DNA of 64,000 bases from an uncultured Clostridia bacterium (GTDB lineage Bacteria; Bacillota; Clostridia; Peptostreptococcales; Anaerovoracaceae), in the NCBI GenBank assembly GCA_937900415.1, contig CALCEY010000011.1, positions 1,265 to 65,264 of the forward strand, in the 5' to 3' direction. Position numbers and translations under genes: made by a program. The notes under the pieces are model-generated. The model worked only from the letters and a program-made list of their open reading frames with translations, had not been told where the DNA came from and did no database searches. Below, one piece after another: positions 50,522-58,605 of this stretch; the first letter of the stretch is position 1; every line of letters starts with the position of its first letter.

Positions 50522-51964
50522 TTACTGTTCGCTTTTCGATTCAGCAGTCTGAAGATAAGTTATCAGTCCTCCTGCGAAGTTGTCTTTTGTTCTCTCTGTT
50601 ATACCGAGCGCTATAACGGCCATCGCCTGATTCTTGGAATTTACGGCCGAAGCAGGAGTCCATTCGGCCATATTCACTTTATCAAGGTTGATGCTCTGAT
50701 ATTCCGTATATGCTTTGAGAAGCGCGTCTGCCAGCTCTTCACCTGCCTTATTGGAATGGAAAGGCGCTGATGTTTCGTTTAAACTGTAGCTGACATCGGT
50801 GAGGGCGCTTATGGTTTGATAGGCTTCTGACATTTCTTTAGTCAAGTCATCGGAATAGCTTGCGGCCGCAACTTCAATATTGAGTTTTTTGTTATCGGTA
50901 GAAATGCAGCCGATATTGGTTATTGAGGCTGTTTCTCCGTCGTCGTCCTTATAATGCTCGCCGTTTATAGCCGTATACAAAAGGCTTACGATGCTTTCTG
51001 TATTTTCTGTGCTTATTACATGGGAAGGTGTTTCGACTGCTTCAAATTTATATTCGGCTTCAGGATAATCATCTGAGTATTTATCGTAGAATTCTTCTGT
51101 TGTGCTGTTTAGATTACTCTCTAATTTTTCCACAGATTCTTTGTTTACAACTATAACTACTGAAGCCTCTTGAGGCGTCATATCAGCGTCGCTTCCTCCT
51201 GAGAATGAAGAAAGCTCAAAGAGAATAGACGTTGATTTGAAGTTTGCCAGCAGATTCCCAAGCATTTTTATAGGATTGGGAGCTTCTGTATTTATACTGG
51301 AAAATCTATGAGGCGGGAGCCCCGAAATGCTTATTTTGTATGCGGCGTCATAAGCTGTTGGCTTGTGGCTAAGCTCCTTTGACAGCGTATACTTGCTGAA
51401 CCCGCCCGTTGAAAGAGAAATCCTTGATGAATATGTGTCTCCCAGACAGAAGACTTTTGTATTATCGCTGAAATATTTATCCGAAAGCGCTTCGGCTCCG
51501 GTTTTGCTTCCCCTCTCTTCCGACAGGAAAATGACTTTGTATTCGCCGTGAGGCGCGTCGTTTTTAGCAACCGTGAGTGCGCAGGCAATGCTGTTTTTAT
51601 ATGATTCCATGCCGGCGTAATCATAGCCGCATAATATAACTGAAGGAGACTGATTTTCAAAGCCTTCGGTTGCAGGCAGAGAATAGATAACGTTGCCGGC
51701 GTCGTCTGTTTTGACGTCTATACCCTTGTTTTCCGCCCAGTTGACCAGATATTTTTTCACGGCTTCCTGAGTTGTCATTGAAGATATGGAATCGGCCAAA
51801 TCCGTTTCATAGGCAGCAATTCGGCTGTTGACGGTTTCCTCAAGGGTAGGCGGCTCTTTCTTTTCCTTTGAAAAGTAGAAATAAACTGCCAAAATCAGGA
51901 CTGTTGCTAAAATTACTGCGCATACGGCTATAATTATTTTTTTCTTTTTATTCATAGAATTCAC
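50522..51964 (-). CDS. Membrane-anchored PepD-like (M20C Xaa-His dipeptidase family) protein, apparently lacking metal ligands
   Basis: N-terminal TM IIIAVCAVILATVLILAVYFYF. Collinear resemblance to PepD (KYLVNWAENKGIDVKTDDAGNVIYSLPATEGFENQSPSVIL vs PepD ..YIVGWAKEKGF.V..D..GN.LI.KPAT.GME....VVLQAHLDMV). The HxD site reads GYDY here. Confidence 0.55.
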   Translation of the reverse strand: MNSMNKKKKIIIAVCAVILATVLILAVYFYFSKEKKEPPTLEETVNSRIAAYETDLADSISSMTTQEAVKKYLVNWAENKGIDVKTDDAGNVIYSLPATEGFENQSPSVILCGYDYAGMESYKNSIACALTVAKNDAPHGEYKVIFLSEERGSKTGAEALSDKYFSDNTKVFCLGDTYSSRISLSTGGFSKYTLSKELSHKPTAYDAAYKISISGLPPHRFSSINTEAPNPIKMLGNLLANFKSTSILFELSSFSGGSDADMTPQEASVVIVVNKESVEKLESNLNSTTEEFYDKYSDDYPEAEYKFEAVETPSHVISTENTESIVSLLYTAINGEHYKDDDGETASITNIGCISTDNKKLNIEVAAASYSDDLTKEMSEAYQTISALTDVSYSLNETSAPFHSNKAGEELADALLKAYTEYQSINLDKVNMAEWTPASAVNSKNQAMAVIALGITERTKDNFAGGLITYLQTAESKSEQ

Positions 51965-52105
51965 CTTATGTTCTTACTTTTAAGTATTTTAATTGAAACT
52001 GAAAACGTATATAATGAAATATAATATCATAATTTTTATCTCAATGTTATAACTTCATAAAAACTTCACATATTTGTAAATGATTTTAAGGATAAGGTGA
52101 ACTTA

Positions 52106-52660
52106 ATGGAACCGTTAGAAATTCAGATAAGAGACAGTATTTTTGATGATTTGGAATATTTTGCGCGCTGGGAAAGCATGCCGGAGGTTACAGAATTCTT
52201 TACTATAGACGACGGCAAAACTTATGAAATGACGGTGAGAGAATTTTACCGTCGTCTTGAAGATAAGGCCGCAAGGCAGTTTACCGTATGTATTGCCGGT
52301 ACGGGTAAGCCGGTGGGCCGTATATATGTAAGCAGCATCAATTACGATTATGATTCTTTGGACATAACGAGAATATATATAGCCGAACCTGCTATGAGAG
52401 GAAAGGGTCTTGGAGAAGCGGCTCTGAAGCTGACGATGAAATGGGCTTTTGAAGAGATGGGCTGCAAGAGGGTTACTTTGGATTATTTTTCCGACAACAT
52501 TATAGCAGCCTCATTATATGAAAAAGTCGGTTTTGTAAAAGAAGGAATTATGCGCTGCGGAGGCAAGAAAAACGGAAGCTACGTGGACCTCTGTCTCATG
52601 TCTATGCTGAAGGAAGAATATTACGAAAAAATGAGCAGGAAGCCTATGGAGACATTTTGA
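52106..52660 (+). CDS. GNAT-family N-acetyltransferase (RimJ/RimL-like)
   Basis: Acetyl-CoA motif MRGKGLGEAALKLTMKWAF. Typical size. ATG at 52106 lies 8 nt after AAGGTG (the track's GTG is at 52097). Confidence 0.8.
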   Translation: MEPLEIQIRDSIFDDLEYFARWESMPEVTEFFTIDDGKTYEMTVREFYRRLEDKAARQFTVCIAGTGKPVGRIYVSSINYDYDSLDITRIYIAEPAMRGKGLGEAALKLTMKWAFEEMGCKRVTLDYFSDNIIAASLYEKVGFVKEGIMRCGGKKNGSYVDLCLMSMLKEEYYEKMSRKPMETF

Positions 52661-52700
52661 AGAATCCGGCAAAAAAATATTGAATATAAGATTTTCCTCC

Positions 52701-52755
52701 TTGACATATAGCGTAATTAGTGTTAGATTTTTAATGCGGATACTACATCTTGTGT
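52701..52755 (+). promoter_or_regulatory. nrdD promoter with candidate NrdR boxes
   Basis: TTGACA (52701-52706), 17-bp spacer, TAGATT (52724-52729). ATACTACATCTTGTGT (52740-52755) matches 13/16 of the NrdR-box palindrome acaCwAtATaTwGtgt. A weaker box (10/16) lies at 52708-52723, 32 bp upstream centre-to-centre. Confidence 0.4.
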
Positions 52756-52787
52756 ACGACTGCGATTTAAGAAAGAGGTAAAGATTT

Positions 52788-55133
52788 ATGGAAAGCATTA
52801 AGAAAATAACAAAAAGAGACGGACGAACTGTCGATTTCAACGTTGACAAAATCGCCGACGCTATATTCAAGGCAGCTCAGGTTCTGGGAGGCAAGGACAA
52901 GGAAATGGCTATGTATTTGGCTAAGCAGACAGAGCTGTATCTTCTTGAGGTCTGTCACAATCAGGTGCCTTCCGTAGAGCAGATTCAGGACGCAGTTGAA
53001 AAAATACTCATAGAGAACGGACATGCGAGAACTGCCAAGGAATATATACTTTACAGGGCGGAGCGTACGAGAGCAAGGGATATGAACACCAAGCTCATGA
53101 AAATCTATGAAGATCTGACTTTCAAAGAAGCAAAAGAAAATGAAATAAAGCGTGAGAATGCCAATATAGACGGCAATACGGCCATGGGAACTATGCTGAA
53201 ATACGGTTCAGAGGGAGCTAAAGAATTCTACAAGATGTATGTAATAGATCCTAAGCACACTGCGGCTCATGAAAACGGGGACATACACATACATGACATG
53301 GATTTCTATACTCTTACAATGACATGCTGTCAGATAGATTTGGTAAAATTGCTTAAGGGAGGCTTTTCTACAGGGCACGGTCATTTGAGAGAGCCTAACG
53401 ATATAGAAAGCTATGCTGCTCTTGCATGTATAGCGATTCAATCCAATCAGAACGACCAGCACGGCGGACAGTCGGTGCCTAATTTTGATTACGGAATGGC
53501 TCCGGGAGTAAAAAAGACATACAAGAAGCTTTATCTCACCAATCTGGGTAAAATGCTCGATTTTCTGCATGATGTGGAAGACGGCGTAAGCAGGATGAAG
53601 GAGATAGGAGAAAAGATAGAGAAAGAACACGGAGTATATCCTTGTATGGCTTGGGATAACAATTATAAAGAGCTTGAGCTTGAAGAATTGAAGAAGATAG
53701 TTTCAGAAGACGAAGCAAAAAAGATGCAGGACAGAGCTACCAAGTTCGCCGACAAGGAAATAAGAAGAAAAACTTATCAGGCCATGGAAGCCTTTATACA
53801 CAACTTAAATACAATGCACTCCAGAGCCGGCGCGCAGGTGCCGTTCAGCTCAATAAACTATGGAACAGATACTTCTCCAGAGGGAAGACTTGTTATGGAA
53901 TCAGTAATGCTGGCTACGGAAGCAGGTTTAGGCAATGGAGAAACTCCGATTTTCCCTATTCAGATATTTAAAGTGAAAGAAGGCGTAAGCTATAATCCGG
54001 AGGATCCTAACTATGATCTGTTCAAATTGGCGTGCAGGGTGTCGGCCAAAAGGCTGTTCCCGAACTTCTCATTTCTGGACGCACCGTTTAACAAGCAGTA
54101 TTACGTAGAGGGAGATCCTAATACGGAGTGCGCTTACATGGGATGCAGAACAAGAGTTATCGGCAATACTTATGATCCGACGAGAGAAATCGTTACAGGA
54201 CGGGGAAATCTTAGCTTTACGTCCATCAATCTGCCTAGACTTGCCATCAAGGCCAAGGGAGATTTAGATATGTTTTTTGAAGGCCTTGACCATATGATAG
54301 ATTTAGCATGCGATCAGCTTTATGACAGATTTAAGATTCAGTCTCAGAAGAAGGTGAGGAATTTCCCATTCCTGATGGGACAGGGGATATGGCTCGATTC
54401 GGATAAGCTGGGTCCTGACGATACTATCGAGGAGGTAATAAAACACGGAACTCTTACGGTAGGCTTCATAGGGCTTGCTGAATGTCTTAAGGCGCTTACC
54501 GGAAAGCATCATGGAGAATCAAAAGAATCACAGATTTTGGGTCTTGAAATCATTGGCTATATGAGAAAAAGAATGGATGAGATGTCCGAAAAAACAGGCC
54601 TTAACTGGTCGCTGATAGCTACTCCGGCAGAGGGACTTTCAGGCAGATTCGTAAGGATTGACAAAGAAAAATACGGAATAATAGAAGGCGTTACAGACAG
54701 AGATTATTACACCAACAGCTTCCATATCCCTGTATATTACGACATCAACGCTTTTGATAAAATAAGGCTTGAAGCTCCGTATCATGCGCTTACCAACGGA
54801 GGACACATTTCATATATAGAGTTGGACGGAGATCCTCTTAAGAATTTAGACGCATTTGAAAAGGTAGTAAGATTTATGAAGGAATCGGGAGTTGGGTACG
54901 GTTCGATAAATCATCCGGTTGACAGAGACCCATGCTGCGGCTATACAGGAATCATCGACAACGAATGTCCTATGTGCCATAGAAAGGAAGGCGACGGAGA
55001 CGTCGGATTTGAGAGAATACGCAGGATAACGGGTTATCTGGTAGGAACGATGGATCACTGGAACAGCGCCAAGGCTTCCGAGGAAAGCGACAGGGTAAAG
55101 CATGATGTCAGGACAGAGCTTGAAAGAATTTAA
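52788..55133 (+). CDS. nrdD: Anaerobic ribonucleoside-triphosphate reductase
   Basis: N-terminal ATP-cone (KRDGRTVDFNVDKI). Class III RNR core. C-terminal Zn/Cys motif CCGYTG..CPMCH and glycyl-radical motif RITGYL. Confidence 0.95.
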   Translation: MESIKKITKRDGRTVDFNVDKIADAIFKAAQVLGGKDKEMAMYLAKQTELYLLEVCHNQVPSVEQIQDAVEKILIENGHARTAKEYILYRAERTRARDMNTKLMKIYEDLTFKEAKENEIKRENANIDGNTAMGTMLKYGSEGAKEFYKMYVIDPKHTAAHENGDIHIHDMDFYTLTMTCCQIDLVKLLKGGFSTGHGHLREPNDIESYAALACIAIQSNQNDQHGGQSVPNFDYGMAPGVKKTYKKLYLTNLGKMLDFLHDVEDGVSRMKEIGEKIEKEHGVYPCMAWDNNYKELELEELKKIVSEDEAKKMQDRATKFADKEIRRKTYQAMEAFIHNLNTMHSRAGAQVPFSSINYGTDTSPEGRLVMESVMLATEAGLGNGETPIFPIQIFKVKEGVSYNPEDPNYDLFKLACRVSAKRLFPNFSFLDAPFNKQYYVEGDPNTECAYMGCRTRVIGNTYDPTREIVTGRGNLSFTSINLPRLAIKAKGDLDMFFEGLDHMIDLACDQLYDRFKIQSQKKVRNFPFLMGQGIWLDSDKLGPDDTIEEVIKHGTLTVGFIGLAECLKALTGKHHGESKESQILGLEIIGYMRKRMDEMSEKTGLNWSLIATPAEGLSGRFVRIDKEKYGIIEGVTDRDYYTNSFHIPVYYDINAFDKIRLEAPYHALTNGGHISYIELDGDPLKNLDAFEKVVRFMKESGVGYGSINHPVDRDPCCGYTGIIDNECPMCHRKEGDGDVGFERIRRITGYLVGTMDHWNSAKASEESDRVKHDVRTELERI

Positions 55134-55641
55134 TGCAATAAGAATAGCCGGAGTTGTGCGCGAATCTATCGTTGACGGCCCAGGCCTGCGATTTGCAGTC
55201 TTTTGTCAAGGCTGTCCTCACGGCTGTCCGGAATGTCACAACCCTGACACCCATGATTTCAGCGGCGGTTATGACTGCGAAATTTCAAAGATAGTTGAAG
55301 CCGTTAAAGCAAATCCTCTTTTGGACGGAGTTACTTTCAGCGGGGGAGAGCCATTTTGCCAGGCAGGAGCCTTTTACAGCCTTGCCGAAGCGCTGAAGGG
55401 AGCGAGAGCTGACATTAACCTCATGGCATACAGCGGATATACCTATGAAGAACTTAGAGATATGAACGACTGTGATGTGGATAACCTTCTCTCTGTTATC
55501 GACCTGCTGGTAGACGGAAGATTTATTAAAGAAAAAAAAGATTTGACATTGCTCTTCAGAGGCAGCGCAAACCAGAGGATAATAGACATGAATCTTACTC
55601 GCCAAAGGGGAGAGCTTGTTTTGTCAGAAAAATATATATGA
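55102..55641 (+). CDS. nrdG: Anaerobic ribonucleotide reductase activating protein (radical SAM)
   Basis: SIVDGPGLRFAVFCQGCPHGCPECHN (CxxxCxxC). Overlaps the nrdD 3' end. Confidence 0.9.
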   Translation: MMSGQSLKEFNAIRIAGVVRESIVDGPGLRFAVFCQGCPHGCPECHNPDTHDFSGGYDCEISKIVEAVKANPLLDGVTFSGGEPFCQAGAFYSLAEALKGARADINLMAYSGYTYEELRDMNDCDVDNLLSVIDLLVDGRFIKEKKDLTLLFRGSANQRIIDMNLTRQRGELVLSEKYI

Positions 55642-55868
55642 TGCGGCGCAGACAACTATTAAAAATAAGAGATTATTACAGCAGAAACGTAGTATATTGT
55701 ATATTGCGTTTCTCTCTCTTTATGACAGCATATTAAAGATTTGTTTTTGAAAATATTGATAGCCGAAGGAAAAGATACGGAAAAAGGTAGTTTGTCGGGA
55801 ATAAAAAGGAAAAAAAGGTAAGGTAAACAAGCCAAAACAACAGATGTTTCAGATTAACTTCCGGTAAT

Positions 55869-57358
55869 ATAGAATTTAGTGTGGGAAACCTTACCGTCCA
55901 GTTTTTTAGAAAATATAAAAAATGTTATTCCACGGTGCCCTTGACAACAAGTCTGCAGCGGCATGAGTTCATGACGCATGGCGGACAGGCACGTGTGTTT
56001 CTCCGTCATGACGGAAAAGCCTCTCATGTCGCTGCTCATTGTCAAGAGCCTTTTGCGGCATAAGCATTTCTTTCTTAGTTGTTGTTTTTGCAGAGGGTAC
56101 GAATAAACACATCGCTTTTCTGCAGCAGAGGGGATTGTACTACTGCATGGGCAGGGATATGTTTTATGCCAAACAGTCCGGCAAGTTCATGTCCGAAAGT
56201 AAAGGAAAATACATCGTAAGGAGTTTTTCCGTTGAGGCTTTTTCTGCATACGCTGTTGACGTGAGAGAAAATCAGGTTTACAGTATCCTGAGAGAAAGTG
56301 TTGAAACTTTCTCCTTTTGGAACGATGTCCCTGAAAAGGGTGTGATTTTTCTCGACAAAAGGTTTTTGAGAAGAACGCATGGGGTCGCAGAAAAAGAGAT
56401 TGGAATGCTGAGAGCCGTCCAGAGCTTTTTCAAAAGCGAAAACATCAGCGAACTCGCCGCCGTTATCGGTGAGGATGACAGGGAATATGTTTCCAAAATC
56501 AAAACCGTTGTCGGCGAGTAGCTTTTTAAGAGACAGGATATGTGAAGCTGCCTGAGCGGAGGACTTGTTCTCAAGAAGCAGACCGAACATGAAATTACAG
56601 AAGCTGAAATCGAAGGTCATAATGGTCTTGCCTCCGATTTCGCCGATGACGGTATCCATTTCGACCCATGAGGGAAAATTGTTATCATCGATATATTTCA
56701 GAAAATCATCGTGTGTTCTGCCAGCTTTCAGAGCCTTTGGGATGCGATTGGTTACGCTGTTCTTTCGTGGTTTGAATTTTACCACACGGGGCATATCCAA
56801 TGGTGAAATGGACAGATAGCCTTTGTGAAGGTGCCTGTAAACAGTAGATTTGGAAACGGGTAGTTTCTCAGTTTGCAGAACGTGATAAAGGTGCTGTCCT
56901 TTCTTGATTCGGTCAGATATGATTCTGTCGACTTCATAGAAGCTTTCTTTATTGAGTGGGATGCCTTGGCGGGATTCAGAGCGGAGCATCTCATATGCCT
57001 TCTGAGCAGAACGGGCGTTGTAGTAATGCCTGTCATGGGAGCACTTGCGGTGAAAGTTTTCACATGAGAAACAGACATAAGGAGGGCGTAAAAGCTTTGG
57101 GCAAGGAGCGGTAGGGATTGCTTCACCATTGCTGTTGATGCGGGTCACAGATGTTCTGCCAACGGTAATGTGGCGTGTAATCTCTTTTGAGATTGTTGTG
57201 GGATCTTTCCCTAATTCAGAAGCGATAGCTTTGAATGATAAGCCTTTTCTTAATCCTTTTTCGATCATTTCTCTGTCCTCGAAATTTAAATGTTTGTTTT
57301 TTCTGGTATTGTTCATGGTTACCTCCCTGACGGAGATGTTTCCCAGATTAAATTCTAT
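55869..57358 (-). mobile_element. IS30-family insertion sequence (about 1.49 kb)
   Basis: Imperfect 21-bp terminal inverted repeats: atagaatttagtgtgggaaac (55869-55889) and gtttcccagattaaattctat (57338-57358), 19/21 matching. They bracket a single transposase ORF. Confidence 0.7.
56075..57316 (-). CDS. IS30-family transposase
   Basis: N-terminal HTH (LNFEDREMIEKGLRKGLSFKAIASELGKDPTTISKEI). DDE core (WVEMDTV.., ILTDNGGEF.., FVEKNHTLFR). GGGAGG RBS. Confidence 0.88.
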   Translation of the reverse strand: MNNTRKNKHLNFEDREMIEKGLRKGLSFKAIASELGKDPTTISKEITRHITVGRTSVTRINSNGEAIPTAPCPKLLRPPYVCFSCENFHRKCSHDRHYYNARSAQKAYEMLRSESRQGIPLNKESFYEVDRIISDRIKKGQHLYHVLQTEKLPVSKSTVYRHLHKGYLSISPLDMPRVVKFKPRKNSVTNRIPKALKAGRTHDDFLKYIDDNNFPSWVEMDTVIGEIGGKTIMTFDFSFCNFMFGLLLENKSSAQAASHILSLKKLLADNGFDFGNIFPVILTDNGGEFADVFAFEKALDGSQHSNLFFCDPMRSSQKPFVEKNHTLFRDIVPKGESFNTFSQDTVNLIFSHVNSVCRKSLNGKTPYDVFSFTFGHELAGLFGIKHIPAHAVVQSPLLQKSDVFIRTLCKNNN

Positions 57359-57459
57359 CAGAAAAACGTCTTAGATTAAATTCCGGTCTAATTCCGTTGC
57401 GGAATTTACTTTGGGAATTTAGGGATTATAAAAAATTCTTGCTACAGGTAAAAAAGTGC

Positions 57460-57488
57460 TTGAACACCATGATTCCTTATGGTATAAT
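57460..57488 (+). promoter_or_regulatory. Sigma-A-type promoter upstream of rpmB
   Basis: TTGAAC (57460-57465), 17-bp spacer, TATAAT (57483-57488). Confidence 0.5.
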
Positions 57489-57587
57489 AACATTCGTTCG
57501 AGTGCGCATATAAACGCATAATATGTAAATAAGCAATGAAAAACAGCTGACAGAAGCTACTTAATATATTAAGAGGAGGTGCGGTAG

Positions 57588-57782
57588 ATGTCAAGAAAAT
57601 GCGAGATTTGTGGTAAGGGTCAGGTATCGGGAAACGCTGTATCCCACTCCAACAGACACACGAGAAGAAAATGGAATGCTAATATCCAGACTGTAAGAAT
57701 CGCTGAAGAAAATGGCACAGTAAGAAAAGCTAAAGTGTGCACAAAATGTATTAAATCGAATAAAGTGAACCGTGCCATCTAA
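57588..57782 (+). CDS. rpmB: 50S ribosomal protein L28
   Basis: MSRKCEICGKGQVSGNAVSHSNRHTRRKWNANIQ. GAGGAGG RBS. Confidence 0.95.
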   Translation: MSRKCEICGKGQVSGNAVSHSNRHTRRKWNANIQTVRIAEENGTVRKAKVCTKCIKSNKVNRAI

Positions 57783-57800
57783 TTTGAGACGACCTGTTAA

Positions 57801-57830
57801 AGGAACTGCAAGAGCAGTTCCTTTTCTGTT
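57801..57830 (+). terminator. Rho-independent terminator after rpmB
   Basis: aaggaactgc (57801-57810) pairs with gcagttcctt (57815-57824). A T-rich tail follows. Confidence 0.7.
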
Positions 57831-57920
57831 ATTTTATCGAATATTTCAAGTGGAAGGAGCCAAACATAGACAATCGCATATATACTGCGGTTGTTATCTA
57901 TTAAAAACTTAAATTCCAAT

Positions 57921-58103
57921 CTACCTCTTCAGCAGTGTGATTCCGCAGATTATCAGTATAACGCCAAGGAGGATCAACCACGCCTTAGGAGGAAGAAAGA
58001 AGGCGCATATGGTAACAGCGCCGAAGACAAGCAAAATAAAGCCTATATCTTTTGTCTCCTTATATAAGTTAAAGCATTTCTTTTTTCTAAAATTGTTGTT
58101 CAT
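57921..58103 (-). CDS. Small two-TM membrane protein (60 aa), function unknown
   Basis: Strong GGGAGG RBS 6 nt upstream of the ATG. Two hydrophobic helices (IGFILLVFGAVTICAFFL and AWLILLGVILIICGITLL). Confidence 0.5.
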   Translation of the reverse strand: MNNNFRKKKCFNLYKETKDIGFILLVFGAVTICAFFLPPKAWLILLGVILIICGITLLKR

Positions 58104-58188
58104 GGCGATCCTCCCTGAAGTATAGTATGAAATAACGTGTTAATTTGTGAGAAAATATGATAAAATATATGACAAAGGAGACAGAGCC

Positions 58189-58605
58189 ATGGCGTTAAGC
58201 AGAAAAACACAGCTTGGCACCGTTACGGTAAACAATGCTGTGATAGCAAAAGTTATATTAAGGGCAGTTGAAAAGACTGAGGGAAAGTTTTTTCTTTCAT
58301 CTGAGAAAAGAAGGATTTTAGGCGTTGCCTCAAGAGTAGGGGTCGGAGATCTTTCCGGAAATTTCGAGATAGAAGAAAAAGATGAAACATATTATCTGAA
58401 ATTTTCAGGCATAGTGCAGTTTGGAAGCAGTATAAAAAATGTTACTGATACTGTTCTTGGGCATATACAGGAATATATGCAAGAGTTGTTTCCGGATCGC
58501 AAAGGCGTTATAACGCTGCATATCGTAGGCGTTAAAGCAAAGCATATAGCAGAGCGCGATATTGAGGTAAAAAGAGAATATGAAGCTGCAAGACAAGGTC
58601 AGTGA
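58189..58605 (+). CDS. Asp23/Gls24-family envelope stress protein
   Basis: ATG at 58189 after AAAGGAGA (the track's GTG at 58147 is less likely). Asp23-like LGTVTVNNAVIAKVILRAV. Confidence 0.8.
   Translation: MALSRKTQLGTVTVNNAVIAKVILRAVEKTEGKFFLSSEKRRILGVASRVGVGDLSGNFEIEEKDETYYLKFSGIVQFGSSIKNVTDTVLGHIQEYMQELFPDRKGVITLHIVGVKAKHIAERDIEVKREYEAARQGQ

Noticed and set aside
55881-56521. ORFs 55881-56063(+) and 56039-56521(+) within the IS30 element.
   Set aside because: The second is antisense to the transposase coding region and the first lies in the IS 3' untranslated end. There are no RBSs or motifs. No passenger gene is supported.
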